A stretch of 38,131 nt of DNA from Bryobacteraceae bacterium (GTDB lineage: Bacteria; Acidobacteriota; Terriglobia; Bryobacterales; Bryobacteraceae): positions 1 to 38,131 of the forward strand of contig DASQDN010000318.1 of NCBI GenBank assembly GCA_035634155.1, in the 5' to 3' direction. Every line of letters begins with the position of its first letter. Positions within the stretch are counted from its first letter, which is position 1. Shown in pieces: positions 11,984 to 21,581 of the stretch. The notes beneath the pieces were generated by a model. It did no database searches. It saw nothing but the letters and a program-made list of their open reading frames with translations, and had not been told where the DNA came from. Both the position numbers and the translations under genes were made by a program.

Positions 11984-12960
11984 ACAAACTGAATGTCGCG
12001 GTCCTTTACGGCGGCCGCAGCGGCGAACACGAAGTCAGCTTGCGCTCGGCCGAATCGATCATCGCCGCGCTCGATCCCGAACGCTACCAGGTCACGCGCT
12101 TCCTTATCTCGAAGGAAGGCCGCTGGGACCCGAAGCCGCTCTCGCCCGAGCCCGACGGCAATCCTGGCATCGACGTCGTGTTCCCGGTACTGCACGGCAC
12201 TTTCGGCGAAGACGGCACCATGCAGGGACTGCTCGAACTAGCTGACCTGCCGTATGTCGGCCCCGGCGTTCTTGCCTCGTCCGCGGCGATGGACAAGGAG
12301 GTCACCAAGCGACTGTGCGTCCAGGCAGGTTTGCCGGTTGTCGAATACCGCGTTGTGCGAGACGGCCATTACGATATCTCCGAACTTGAAACCCTGTTCG
12401 GCTATCCGATGTTCGTGAAGCCCGCAAACCTCGGCTCGTCGGTAGGCATCTCGAAGGCTAAGGACCGCGCCGGCTTGGAGGCCGCCATTGTCGAAGCGGC
12501 TCGGTACGATCGAAAAGTGATCGTGGAGCGTTCCATCGTGGGCCAGGAGATCGAATGTTCCGTGCTGGGCAATGCCGACCCGCAGGCATCGACGCCTTGC
12601 GAAGTGCTCCCGTTCAAGGACTTCTACGACTATGAAGACAAGTACCTGCTCGACAAGACCGAGTTCCGCATCCCGGCAGGTGTCGGGGAGCGCCGGATGG
12701 ACGAGATCCGCCGGCTTGCCGTCGCGTGCTTCAAGGCGGTAGGCTGCGAAGGCATGTCCCGCGTCGACTTCCTTATCGAGAAGGCGTCCGGACAAATCTT
12801 CATCAACGAGATAAACACAATTCCCGGCTTTACGTCCATCAGCATGTATCCCAAGATGTGGGCGCATGACGGCTTGCCGTATTCGAAGCTCCTGGACCGG
12901 TTGATCGAGCTTGCGATGGAGCGGCACGCCGCCAAGCGGAAGCTGAAGTTCACAAGGTAG
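11980..12960 (+). CDS. ddl: D-alanine--D-alanine ligase
   Basis: VAVLYGGRSGEHEVSLRSA, VFPVLHGTFGEDGTMQGLLELADLPYVGPGVLASSAAMDKEVTKRL, INEINTIPGFTSISMYPKMW. The TTG start at 11980 overlaps the arginase stop (TTGA), and there is no in-frame ATG near the conserved N-terminus. Confidence 0.9.
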   Translation: MNKLNVAVLYGGRSGEHEVSLRSAESIIAALDPERYQVTRFLISKEGRWDPKPLSPEPDGNPGIDVVFPVLHGTFGEDGTMQGLLELADLPYVGPGVLASSAAMDKEVTKRLCVQAGLPVVEYRVVRDGHYDISELETLFGYPMFVKPANLGSSVGISKAKDRAGLEAAIVEAARYDRKVIVERSIVGQEIECSVLGNADPQASTPCEVLPFKDFYDYEDKYLLDKTEFRIPAGVGERRMDEIRRLAVACFKAVGCEGMSRVDFLIEKASGQIFINEINTIPGFTSISMYPKMWAHDGLPYSKLLDRLIELAMERHAAKRKLKFTR

Positions 12961-12964
12961 ATCC

Positions 12965-14371
12965 ATGCTCGCGTATGCCGCATTCCTGCTCCTGTTCGCT
13001 GATGAAGGCGGCATGTCCATTGAGCAGGCGCTGAAAAGCTTCACGAGCGTCTTCGCCGCCGCCGAGGCGAATGCGGCAGATCCGATCAACCCGAACAGCG
13101 CGGTCTTCGAAGGCGCGGTACCTGGCATGCTCAAGCGCCTCGATCCGTTCAGCGTCTTCTTCGACCCAGGTCAATTCGAGCAGCTCAAAGAGCTGGAGAA
13201 GTCCACCCGCAAGGGCTTCGGGAGTGTGGTATCGCTGCTGCCCGGCCGCGTCATCGTGCTGCAGACGCTGCCCGGAACGCCTTCGGCGCGATCGGGTATG
13301 AACCCGGGCGATGAGATCGTGTCGCTCAACGGCATTCCGCTTAACCGGCTGGACACCGACCAGCTATTGCAGCTTCTGTCGCAATCTCGCAATCAGCAGG
13401 TCCAGTTGATGGTCCGCCGGCCCGGTAACGTGCGGCTGCTTCCGCTGACGCTCACCCCGGAAGAGGTGGATACGCCGAGCGTGGAGCGCGCCTTCCAAAT
13501 CCGGCCGGGTGTCGCTTACCTGCGCGTGGGCTCCTTCGATGTGCCCACCGGGAAAGCGGTCCGCGACGCGATCGAGCAGCTTGGCGGAGCCAACCTGAAG
13601 GGCCTTGTCCTCGACCTGCGGAACAACCCGGGCGGCGTAATGGGCGCGGCGCTCGAGACCGCCTCGTTGTTCTTGAAGCCCGGTCAGGTGATTGTCAGCG
13701 TACGCGGCCGATCCGTAGGCGCGGAGGAGATCAAAGTTCCAGAAGGCATCACCTCGTACACCTTCCCGGTTTCCATTCTGGTGAATAACAAGACCGCGAG
13801 CGCGTCCGAGATTGTTGCGGGCGCGCTCCAGGATCACAAGCGCGCCACCATCCTCGGTGAGCAGAGCTTCGGCAAGGGCTTGGTGCAAAGCGTGCTGCCG
13901 ATGTCGCACGGCACGGGCGTCGCGCTGACCACGGCTTTCTACTACACACCGGGCGGCAGGTCGATCCAGCGCTCGCTGCCAGGGCAACTGGCGCAGACCA
14001 CAACGGGCGGAGGCACGGGCGGCATTCAACCCGACCAGGTGGTTTTTCCCGAAGGCATGACCCGGCTCCGCGCCGTCCTTGATGCGACGGGCTCATTCAC
14101 CACGTTTGCGACCGACTACACGCAACGCATCCGCCCGCTACCTCAGCCCTTCGATGTCACTCCAGGAATATTGGACGAGTTCCAAGCTATGCTTTCGGCG
14201 CGGAACATCCGGCCGGGTTTAGCCGAGTGGTCGCGCGAACGCGAATGGATTCAGAATCGCTTGAAGCAAGAGATTCTGAACCAGGGCGTCGGCGTTGCCA
14301 AAGGAGATGAAGTGGAACTGGAACGTGACCCGGTTGCGCTGGCAGCGCTCGCGGCTATGGGGCTTCGATAG
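12965..14371 (+). CDS. S41 carboxyl-terminal processing peptidase (PDZ + S41 domains)
   Basis: PDZ-like segment GSVVSLLPGRVIVLQTLPGTPSARSGMNPGDEIVSLNG. S41 motifs LVLDLRNNPGG and NNKTASASEIVAGALQDHKRATILGEQSFGKG. Confidence 0.88.
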   Translation: MLAYAAFLLLFADEGGMSIEQALKSFTSVFAAAEANAADPINPNSAVFEGAVPGMLKRLDPFSVFFDPGQFEQLKELEKSTRKGFGSVVSLLPGRVIVLQTLPGTPSARSGMNPGDEIVSLNGIPLNRLDTDQLLQLLSQSRNQQVQLMVRRPGNVRLLPLTLTPEEVDTPSVERAFQIRPGVAYLRVGSFDVPTGKAVRDAIEQLGGANLKGLVLDLRNNPGGVMGAALETASLFLKPGQVIVSVRGRSVGAEEIKVPEGITSYTFPVSILVNNKTASASEIVAGALQDHKRATILGEQSFGKGLVQSVLPMSHGTGVALTTAFYYTPGGRSIQRSLPGQLAQTTTGGGTGGIQPDQVVFPEGMTRLRAVLDATGSFTTFATDYTQRIRPLPQPFDVTPGILDEFQAMLSARNIRPGLAEWSREREWIQNRLKQEILNQGVGVAKGDEVELERDPVALAALAAMGLR

Positions 14372-15026
14372 TTGTAGCCGCCTTGGCAACGCGGCGGCTT
14401 TTCAAGATTTCAAAGACCACGGGTAGCACCGAGAGCAGCACGATGAGGATGACTACCTTCTCGAAGTGGCGCTGGATGAACGGTATCCCACCCAGGAAGT
14501 AGCCGGCAGTGGTCATCAGGACCACCCAGCCGATTCCACCGAACACATTGAACATCACAAAGCGGGAGTACGGCATTCCCGCGACTCCGGCCACGAATGG
14601 CGCGAAGGTACGAACGATGGGCACGAAGCGAGCGTAGACGATCGTTTTGCCACCGTGCTTCTCATAGAACTCATGGGTCCGCATCAGATGCTCGCGTTTG
14701 AAGAAGCGCGAATCCGGCCGGTTGAACACGTGCGGACCGGCCTTGCGGCCGAGCATATATCCAGTCGCGTCCCCCACAATGGCTGCCACAATCAGCAGCG
14801 CGTTGATGGTGAACATGTCGAGTTGTCCCGCGCCGGCAACGACGCCGACGGTGAACAGCAGAGAATCGCCGGGCAGAAAGAACCCGATGAGAAGACCGGT
14901 CTCGGCGAAGACGATTCCAAACAGCAATGCATAGCCGAGCCACCCCGTCATCACAGTTGAGAGCAACTGGATGAGGCGGGGCGGGTCGGTGAGAGTCTTA
15001 AGAAGGTCGAGAAGAAAATGAATCAT
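14355..15026 (-). CDS. DedA/VTT-family inner-membrane protein
   Basis: FAETGLLIGFFLPGDSLLFTVG and GGKTIVYARFVPIVRTFAPFVAGVAGM, with multiple TM helices. The start overlaps the ppiD-like stop by 1 nt (TAATG). It has a 17-nt convergent overlap with the S41 gene. Confidence 0.85.
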   Translation of the reverse strand: MIHFLLDLLKTLTDPPRLIQLLSTVMTGWLGYALLFGIVFAETGLLIGFFLPGDSLLFTVGVVAGAGQLDMFTINALLIVAAIVGDATGYMLGRKAGPHVFNRPDSRFFKREHLMRTHEFYEKHGGKTIVYARFVPIVRTFAPFVAGVAGMPYSRFVMFNVFGGIGWVVLMTTAGYFLGGIPFIQRHFEKVVILIVLLSVLPVVFEILKSRRVAKAATTIEAP

Positions 15027-16951
15027 TAGCCCTGGTATTGGGTGACCAGACGCTTGATGGTTTCCTGGTTCTTCTTGACCTTGCCTTCCTTGATCAGTTG
15101 GGTGAGCAGACCGTCTTCGAACAGCTCCTTGCGCTCCTGAGCTTTGCGCTGCTTGATGGAGATGACAAGTTGATCGCGCGCCGCGGCAAGTTCCGCCGGG
15201 CTGGCGACGATCTTCTCGGCAACCTTGGCCACGATGACTTGAGCGCCGATGTTGATGGGGCCAACCAAGCTACCCACGGGCTTGGTGAAAGCCTCCTGAA
15301 GGTACGTGGCCGGTCCGATGCCGTCGGCTGCGCCTTCCACGGTGAACGGCTGCGTACTCTTCACAGTGCCGCCGATGGCTTTGGCCATCGCATTCAGGTC
15401 ACCGGTTCCGATCATGCCCTTCAGCTTCGCCATGGTTTCCTGCATGCGCTGCTGGCCCAGCACGCCGGCCTTCTGGTTGATGAGCGTCTCGCGAATGGTG
15501 CCTTCGATGTCGGCCAAGGTCGCCGGACGGGACGCCTGTACTTCGGTGACCGCGACGACTCCGAGCTTGTTCTGCGCTACCTGCATCACCTGAGAAACTT
15601 CACCCTGACGGAGGCCCGCGAGCGTGGCGCTGAGTTCGGGACTGGTTCCGACTTCAGGAATCGGCGAGTTGGCAGCAGCGTTCTGGACGAACGTGTGAAT
15701 CAGGTTGTACTTGGCCGCGATCTGCGGAGCGGTTTGCGGGGCACGCGCCAATTCGGCACGCGCTTTGTCGATGTTATTCTGCATCGTGGAGTACACGGCA
15801 TCGCGCTTGCGCTCGGTGGCGAGTTCCGCCTTCACTTCTTCGAAGGGCTTCACCTTGGCAGGCATCTTCTCGAGGACCTGCAGGATGTGGAAGCCGTACT
15901 CGGTTTTGACGAGTTCTCCGATCTCCTTTACGTTGCGGCTGAAGGCGGCCTGCTCGAACGCGGGCACCATCTGACCACGAACCACTTCATACTCGCCGCC
16001 GGTTTCCTTGGATCCGGGATCGTCCGAGTGCTGCTTGGCGAGAGCGGCGAAGTCGGCTCCGCCGCGGGCTTGCTTGAGGATGTCAGCGGCCTTAGCCTGG
16101 AGCTTGGCGGTTTCTTCCGGGGACTTGCCGGTGGTGGAGATGAGGATGTGCCGGACCTTCACCTTCTCGGGAAGGCGGTAGCGATCTAGGTTGGCGCTGT
16201 AGGCGGCCCGCAGGTCATTCTCGCTGACCTCGATCGCGGCGCCCATGCGGGCTTCGTCGGCGATCAACAAGTGGAAGGAGCGCTTTTCAGGGCTCATGAA
16301 CTGGCCGCGATTGGCGTTGTAGTAGGCTTCGATATCGGCCTGAGAGACGGTGACTTCCGAGCGGGTTTCCTTGGGTTCCCACGCGATGTAATCCACCTTG
16401 ACCTTGTCGTTTTTGCGGTGGAACTCGGTTTCGACCTCCGCCGGGGTTACGATGGCGCCTTCGAGCGCGATGTTCTGCAACTTCAGGAGCATCAGGTTGG
16501 ACCGGATATTGCGTTCGAACTCCTCGATGGTCAGACCTTGTTGCGCGAGGTACGCGGCATACGCCGAGCGGTCGAAGTTGGCCGACGCCAGTTGCGGCAG
16601 CATGGAGCGGATGGCGTTGGCGACATCGGCGTCGCTGACGCGGAAGCCCATGCGCTCGGCCTGATAGGCGACGGCGCGCTCGGTAATCATCTGGTCGATC
16701 AACTGCGGTACGTAGTGCTGCACCATCTCCGGCGGAACGCGGCGGCTGCGGATCAGGTTCTGCATCAGCGCCTGGACTTCGCGCGCCGTGATCTCGCTTT
16801 TGCCGACTTCGGCCACGATCATCTGATTGTCAGTGGAGGGCGCTCCAAAGCCCGGGATCATGGTGATCACCATTGACAGGGCGACGATGCCCAACAGCGC
16901 GCCAAGCAGATACCGCACCGCTTTTGCGCGGCTGCGAAACAGATCGAACAT
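15026..16951 (-). CDS. ppiD: PpiD-like periplasmic chaperone / parvulin-type peptidyl-prolyl isomerase (N-terminal TM anchor)
   Basis: N-terminus MFDLFRSRAKAVRYLLGALLGIVALSMVI (anchor), then SurA-N-like helical region and a parvulin core (KVRHILIS...PGSKETGGEYEVVRGQMVPAFEQAAF...EYGFHILQV). The 641-aa length matches PpiD architecture. Confidence 0.75.
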   Translation of the reverse strand: MFDLFRSRAKAVRYLLGALLGIVALSMVITMIPGFGAPSTDNQMIVAEVGKSEITAREVQALMQNLIRSRRVPPEMVQHYVPQLIDQMITERAVAYQAERMGFRVSDADVANAIRSMLPQLASANFDRSAYAAYLAQQGLTIEEFERNIRSNLMLLKLQNIALEGAIVTPAEVETEFHRKNDKVKVDYIAWEPKETRSEVTVSQADIEAYYNANRGQFMSPEKRSFHLLIADEARMGAAIEVSENDLRAAYSANLDRYRLPEKVKVRHILISTTGKSPEETAKLQAKAADILKQARGGADFAALAKQHSDDPGSKETGGEYEVVRGQMVPAFEQAAFSRNVKEIGELVKTEYGFHILQVLEKMPAKVKPFEEVKAELATERKRDAVYSTMQNNIDKARAELARAPQTAPQIAAKYNLIHTFVQNAAANSPIPEVGTSPELSATLAGLRQGEVSQVMQVAQNKLGVVAVTEVQASRPATLADIEGTIRETLINQKAGVLGQQRMQETMAKLKGMIGTGDLNAMAKAIGGTVKSTQPFTVEGAADGIGPATYLQEAFTKPVGSLVGPINIGAQVIVAKVAEKIVASPAELAAARDQLVISIKQRKAQERKELFEDGLLTQLIKEGKVKKNQETIKRLVTQYQG

Positions 16952-17008
16952 GGATGAGAAAACTCCTTAGAGGAACTACAAGTCGGACGAAACCTTCAGT
17001 ATACCAAT

Positions 17009-17029
17009 CGGGGGTACAACGAACCCCCG
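17009..17029 (-). terminator. Short GC hairpin (CGGGGGT/ACCCCCG, 7-nt loop) directly after the yfiT-like stop
   Basis: Read from the sequence. On the minus strand it is followed by ATTGGTAT, a weak U-tract. Confidence 0.35.
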
Positions 17030-17030
17030 T

Positions 17031-17555
17031 CTACCAGCCCATCCGGTCCCGCAGGCCCGTGATGTGGGCCAGATGGTGATCGCAATGCCACGCGTATAAC
17101 AACGCCGTAACGTCCAGACGCATCAGGCCCCGCTCCGGGTGCCGGAAGGTCCGCTGCCACTGCTCCGGAGTCATAGACCGGAGCAGGTAGGTCCAGCATT
17201 CATGCAGGCTTTCGAGCAGCCGAAGCGAAGGCTCGATCGGACCCGCGATAGCGTCCGGCAGTTTGGCCCATTCGTCTTCGGCGTACGGCTTGATTGTCGG
17301 TTCCGCCTCGGTCAATGCCAGCTTGAACCGGATGAAGCTGTTCATGTGGCTTTCGGGCACATGATGGAGCAACTGGCGCACCGTCCAGCCACCTTCGCGG
17401 TATGGAGTATCCAAGCGCTCGTCCGACCAGCCCTCGACGGCGGCGCGGAACTGCCGCGGCGCGCGCTCGATGACACTGATTGCCGGCAGCAGGTCGGACG
17501 GATTGACCTGCTCAGGCCACGCAAAGCGGCCAATAGGAAAACGGGGATCGTTCAC
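17031..17555 (-). CDS. DinB/YfiT-family metal-dependent hydrolase (putative thiol S-transferase)
   Basis: Colinear with B. subtilis YfiT as I recall it: FPIGRF..., DTPYREGGWTVRQLLHHVPESHMNSFIRFKLALTEAEPTIKPY, HCDHHLAHITGLRDRMGW. Confidence 0.85.
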   Translation of the reverse strand: MNDPRFPIGRFAWPEQVNPSDLLPAISVIERAPRQFRAAVEGWSDERLDTPYREGGWTVRQLLHHVPESHMNSFIRFKLALTEAEPTIKPYAEDEWAKLPDAIAGPIEPSLRLLESLHECWTYLLRSMTPEQWQRTFRHPERGLMRLDVTALLYAWHCDHHLAHITGLRDRMGW

Positions 17556-17576
17556 CGAGCCATGATAACGCGCCGT

Positions 17577-18641
17577 TTATCGCGGCAACGCAATCATTTC
17601 CATGGCAAACGCGGCATCGAGCGACGGCAGTCCTTCGAAGACGAGCATCGTGGTGGACGGCGGCTGTTTGCCGTTGGAGAACTCGAAACGAACCTTGCCG
17701 ACGGCCTCGGCAGCCGCCGTACTCAGCGGGTAAAGCCGTGCCACGACGATGTCGGCCAGTTTCGCGCTCGCCGGCGCAATCGCCTTTTCGAGGCGACCGT
17801 ACGCCAAACGGATGTCCTGCTCACCCGATCCGAAGGCCATCTGCATGCCGGAGATCACGATCTTGCCGGGCCCAAGCAGCACCGCATCGGCGTAGCGGTT
17901 TTCCTTAATGCCCCGATATTCCACCGGCTTTCCGATAGGCTGCTGAACCGCGCCGACGGCTTCACATTCCACGAAGTCGCCGAGGGTGTCACGCCGGAGC
18001 TGGACGAAGTTCATCGCCGCTGCCGGGTAAGCCGAAGCGATTTTGGCGCGGACGTCGTTCACCTTGTCGAGCATGTTCATGAAGCAGGTAATGGCCTTTG
18101 GCTCGACGCCGGTCATGGCCGCCTGCAGGGGCGTAAGCGGATCGGCGACGGTGGCCGCCTGGCCCGAAATGAAGGCCAAGCCGTTCGGGTTCACAGGCTT
18201 CCTGTTGACGGACATGGCTTCGAGCACGACCTGCGCTCCGTCGAGCGGCAGGCTGCCGACCTGCACGACGGAAACGGCCGGGATCGGCTGATGCTTGTCG
18301 GTGAACATCTCGCTCACGATCGCCGGTACGCGGCGCATGTCGCCCGATCCGGCTACAAAACCGCGGATCTTGACGATTTGCGCGCCCCTGGCGTTTGTCC
18401 AAAGGGCCTTGATCGCATCCTTAATCTGCTGCGAAAGCAGACCTTTAGAAGATAAGGGCGATATGTGGAAACCCAAGCGCTCGGTATCGGCTACGACGGT
18501 GAGCGGCGGGTCCTTCGGCAGTTCCAGAACCTGCGTGATTTCCGGCGGTTCCTTCTTGGGCTTCTTCTTCTTTTGCGCAAGCGCGGAGCTTGGCAGCAGG
18601 AGCGTTCCGATGGCGATACAAATGGCCAGACGGGCTTGCAT
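17577..18641 (-). CDS. Secreted protein with Lys-rich linker and two RidA/YjgF-like (endoribonuclease L-PSP fold) halves
   Basis: Signal peptide MQARLAICIAIGTLLLPSSALA, then QKKKKPKKEPP. Half 1 reads ...IVKIRGFVAGSGDMRRVPAIVSEMF...PAVSVVQVGSLPLDGAQVVLEAMSV. Half 2 reads ...KIVISGMQMAFG...LADIVVARLYPLS...PPSTTMLVFEGLPSLDAAFAMEMIAL. Both follow the RidA pattern (ISGQ...DIVK...PAR..V.V..LP....EIE.IA). Fold assignment is by eye only. Confidence 0.6.
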   Translation of the reverse strand: MQARLAICIAIGTLLLPSSALAQKKKKPKKEPPEITQVLELPKDPPLTVVADTERLGFHISPLSSKGLLSQQIKDAIKALWTNARGAQIVKIRGFVAGSGDMRRVPAIVSEMFTDKHQPIPAVSVVQVGSLPLDGAQVVLEAMSVNRKPVNPNGLAFISGQAATVADPLTPLQAAMTGVEPKAITCFMNMLDKVNDVRAKIASAYPAAAMNFVQLRRDTLGDFVECEAVGAVQQPIGKPVEYRGIKENRYADAVLLGPGKIVISGMQMAFGSGEQDIRLAYGRLEKAIAPASAKLADIVVARLYPLSTAAAEAVGKVRFEFSNGKQPPSTTMLVFEGLPSLDAAFAMEMIALPR

Positions 18642-18707
18642 GATTCGTCCTCATTCTAGCAGTTGCCATCGATCAGCCAATCTGCTATTCTGCCTCTACT
18701 TATTGGC

Positions 18708-20117
18708 ATGGTAACGGGCATCCAATTTGACGAGCAGTCAGCCATTCCGATCTACCGGCAACTTGCCGATGGAATTGCGGAGCGAATCCGCACTGGCGCA
18801 CTTGTTGATGGCGAACGGCTGCCCCCGACCAGGGAATTGGCTGGTCGACTTGGACTGAATCGCACTACGGTTTCGGCCGCGTATGAAGTTCTGGAATCCG
18901 AGGGATTGATTAAGGGCCATGTGGGACGCGGCAGCTATGTCCATTACAAGACAACTGCCCCGACGGAGCCGTCCGGGACGATCAGCTTTGCGTCTTCGCG
19001 GCCTGCTGAGGATGAGTTCCCGGTGGCGGCTTTTCAGGCCACGTGCCGGGAAGCGATTAGCGGACCATCGGCCCATGCGATTCTGCAGCTCGGGTCGCCG
19101 TCGGGATTTGCGCCGCTGCGTCAGTATCTGCTGGATGAAGCTCGGGCCGAAGGCGTTGTTGGGCCGGGGGACGACATTCTGATCACCAGCGGCTGCCAAC
19201 AAGCGCTCGATTTGGTGCAACGGGTTCTGGCTCCCGCGGGTACCACTGTTGCGATTGAAGATCCGGTGTATCACGGCCAGCGCAATGTGTTCGTGCGAAG
19301 CGATGTGCGTCTGGCTCCAATCGCCGTGGGGGACGCGGGGGTTGACGTTGACCGGATCGGGCGGGTGTTTGCGCAGGAGCGACCGAAGCTGGCGGTGCTG
19401 ACTCCCAATTTTCAGAATCCGACCGGAACCACGATGCCGTTGGCTGCTCGCGAAAGTGTCGCGGGGCTGGCGGCCGAGTTTCAGGTGAGTATCGTCGAGA
19501 ACGATATCTACGGAGGCTTGCGGTACACGGGCGAGCCGCTGCCGACCGTGAAGCGACTGGGCGGCACGATGCTGATTCGCAGCTTCTCGAAGATTGCGTT
19601 CCCAGGTTTGCGCGTGGGCTGGATCATTGCGCCGAAGCCGATGATCGCGAGTTTGACCGCTGCGCGTCAGTGGTGCGATCTGCATACCGACCAGCTTTCG
19701 CAGGCGGTTCTGCTGCGCTTTGCCGAGTCGGGTCGTTTGGCCGAGCATGTCGCTCGAACTCGTGAGATGGGTCGCGAGCGGCTGACGGCTGCGCTGGCGG
19801 CTTGTGAGAAGTATCTGCCGGAGGGCTCCTCGTTTACGAAGCCCGAGGGCGGAATGAGTGTTTGGGTGCGATTGCCCGAACCGCTGGACGCATCGGAACT
19901 GTTGCCGCGTGCGCAACGCGAGGGTGTTACGTATTTGCCAGGTAAGCATTTTGCCGTCGGACCGCACGAGGCCGGAACCCTGCGACTCAGCTTTGGCGGT
20001 TTGTCGCCTTCGCTGATCGAGGCCGGGATTGCGCGGTTGGGCCGGTTGTTTGAACAGGAATGGCAGCAGTCGCGGAACGGGGCTTCGCAATTCGAACCCA
20101 TTTCGGCGCTGGTATAG
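18708..20117 (+). CDS. pdxR: MocR-subfamily GntR regulator (wHTH + fold-type-I aminotransferase-like domain); PdxR-like by sequence type and position upstream of pdxST
   Basis: PIYRQLADGIAERIRTGALVDGERLPPTRELAGRLGLNRTTVSAAYEVLESEGLIKGHVGRGSYV, followed by a ~370-aa aminotransferase-like domain including FSKIAFPGLRVGW (PLP-lysine region). Start placed at ATG 18708. Confidence 0.7.
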   Translation: MVTGIQFDEQSAIPIYRQLADGIAERIRTGALVDGERLPPTRELAGRLGLNRTTVSAAYEVLESEGLIKGHVGRGSYVHYKTTAPTEPSGTISFASSRPAEDEFPVAAFQATCREAISGPSAHAILQLGSPSGFAPLRQYLLDEARAEGVVGPGDDILITSGCQQALDLVQRVLAPAGTTVAIEDPVYHGQRNVFVRSDVRLAPIAVGDAGVDVDRIGRVFAQERPKLAVLTPNFQNPTGTTMPLAARESVAGLAAEFQVSIVENDIYGGLRYTGEPLPTVKRLGGTMLIRSFSKIAFPGLRVGWIIAPKPMIASLTAARQWCDLHTDQLSQAVLLRFAESGRLAEHVARTREMGRERLTAALAACEKYLPEGSSFTKPEGGMSVWVRLPEPLDASELLPRAQREGVTYLPGKHFAVGPHEAGTLRLSFGGLSPSLIEAGIARLGRLFEQEWQQSRNGASQFEPISALV

Positions 20118-20129
20118 GAGAAAGGACCT

Positions 20130-21014
20130 ATGTATCTGGACGAGCAGTTTCGATTGAAAGTGGGCCTGGCCGAGATGTTGAAGGGCGGCGTCATCATGGA
20201 CGTCACCAACGCCGAGCAGGCCTTGATCGCGGAGAAGGCGGGCGCGGCCGCGGTGATGGCGCTGGAACGGGTTCCGTCGGACATCCGCAAGGAAGGCGGC
20301 GTGGCTCGGATGGCGCCGATCAGCAAGATCCGCGAGATTATGCAGACAGTCTCGATCCCGGTGATGGCGAAGGCGCGTATCGGCCATTTCACGGAGGCTC
20401 GGATATTGGAATCGCTCGAAGTGGATTACATCGACGAGAGCGAAGTGCTGACGCCGGCCGATGAGGAGCATCACATTGACAAGCGCGATTTCCGCGTGCC
20501 GTTTGTGTGCGGGGCTCGGAACTTGGGCGAGGCGCTGCGACGGATTGCCGAGGGCGCGGCGATGATTCGCACCAAGGGCGAGGCCGGGTCGGGCAATATC
20601 GTTGAGGCGGTGCGTCACATTCGCACCATCGTGAAGGAGATGAAGCAGCTCACGGTGCTCGGCAAAGAAGAGCTGATGGTGGAAGCCAAGAGGCACCAAG
20701 CGCCGTACGAGCTGATCCAGTATGTGGCTGAGCATGGCAAGCTTCCGGTTCCGAACTTCTCGGCGGGCGGCATTGCGACTCCGGCGGATGCGGCGCTGGT
20801 GATGCAGTTGGGTGCGGAGGCGGTGTTCGTGGGCTCGGGGATCTTCAAGTCGTCCGATCCTGAAGCACGGGCGCGCGCGATTGTGAAAGCTGCCACCTAT
20901 TACAAGGACCCGTCGAAGCTGCTGGAGGCTAGCGAGGATCTGGGCATGGCGATGCCGGGGCTCGACGTGAGCAAGATTCCCGAAGCCGAGCTGATGCAGA
21001 CTCGGGGCTGGTAA
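20130..21014 (+). CDS. pdxS: Pyridoxal 5'-phosphate synthase, lyase subunit PdxS
   Basis: [103 protein letters not shown]-type RBS lies upstream. Confidence 0.95.
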   Translation: MYLDEQFRLKVGLAEMLKGGVIMDVTNAEQALIAEKAGAAAVMALERVPSDIRKEGGVARMAPISKIREIMQTVSIPVMAKARIGHFTEARILESLEVDYIDESEVLTPADEEHHIDKRDFRVPFVCGARNLGEALRRIAEGAAMIRTKGEAGSGNIVEAVRHIRTIVKEMKQLTVLGKEELMVEAKRHQAPYELIQYVAEHGKLPVPNFSAGGIATPADAALVMQLGAEAVFVGSGIFKSSDPEARARAIVKAATYYKDPSKLLEASEDLGMAMPGLDVSKIPEAELMQTRGW

Positions 21015-21020
21015 GCGGCC

Positions 21021-21581
21021 GTGGAAAGGAAGAAGCGCGTTGGAGTGCTCGCGCTGCAGGGCGACTTCGAGGCTCACCGGAATGCTTTGGAGCGAGCCGG
21101 CGCGGATGCGGTGGAGGTGCGTACCGCTGAAGAGCTGGCTCGCGTTCAGGGCCTGGTGATTCCGGGCGGCGAAAGCACGACCATGCTGAAGCTGCTGGAC
21201 GTGACTGGTATGCTGGAGCCGTTGCGAGAGTTCGGCAAAACGAAGCCAATTTTCGGCACTTGCGCCGGCGCAATCCTGATCGCGAAGAAGGTGACCAATC
21301 CGCTGCAGGCGTCTCTGGGACTGATGGATATCGAGGTGGAACGCAATGCTTATGGGCGCCAGCTCGACAGCCGTGTGGTGCGATTGGAGCCGGATGGAGT
21401 AGAGGCGGTGTTTATTCGCGCTCCGATCATTCGCAATGTCGGCTCGGACGCCAAGGTGCGGATGAGCTACAACGGCGACCCGGTTTGGGTGGAACAGGGC
21501 CGGCACATGGTCACGACATTCCATCCTGAGTTGGGGTTGGACGATCGCATTCATCGGACGTTCCTGGACAAGGTGGAATGA
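21021..21581 (+). CDS. pdxT: Pyridoxal 5'-phosphate synthase, glutaminase subunit PdxT
   Basis: GVLALQGDFEAH, GLVIPGGESTTM, PIFGTCAGAILIA (catalytic Cys), VTTFHPEL. GTG start 6 nt after the pdxS stop. Confidence 0.92.
   Translation: MERKKRVGVLALQGDFEAHRNALERAGADAVEVRTAEELARVQGLVIPGGESTTMLKLLDVTGMLEPLREFGKTKPIFGTCAGAILIAKKVTNPLQASLGLMDIEVERNAYGRQLDSRVVRLEPDGVEAVFIRAPIIRNVGSDAKVRMSYNGDPVWVEQGRHMVTTFHPELGLDDRIHRTFLDKVE

Noticed and set aside
18642-18707. Search for PdxR/MocR-type direct or inverted repeats upstream of the regulator gene (TTGCCA ... TTGGCA).
   Set aside because: I found only a 5/6 hexamer inverted match separated by ~40 nt, which is not distinguishable from chance.
18738-21554. 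938-aa ORF on the minus strand spanning 2.8 kb.
   Set aside because: It lies antisense to three genes with unmistakable identity (pdxR-like, pdxS, pdxT). Its translation is R/H/Q/L/P-rich low complexity with no motif. Long stop-free antisense frames are expected opposite high-GC3 coding sequence.
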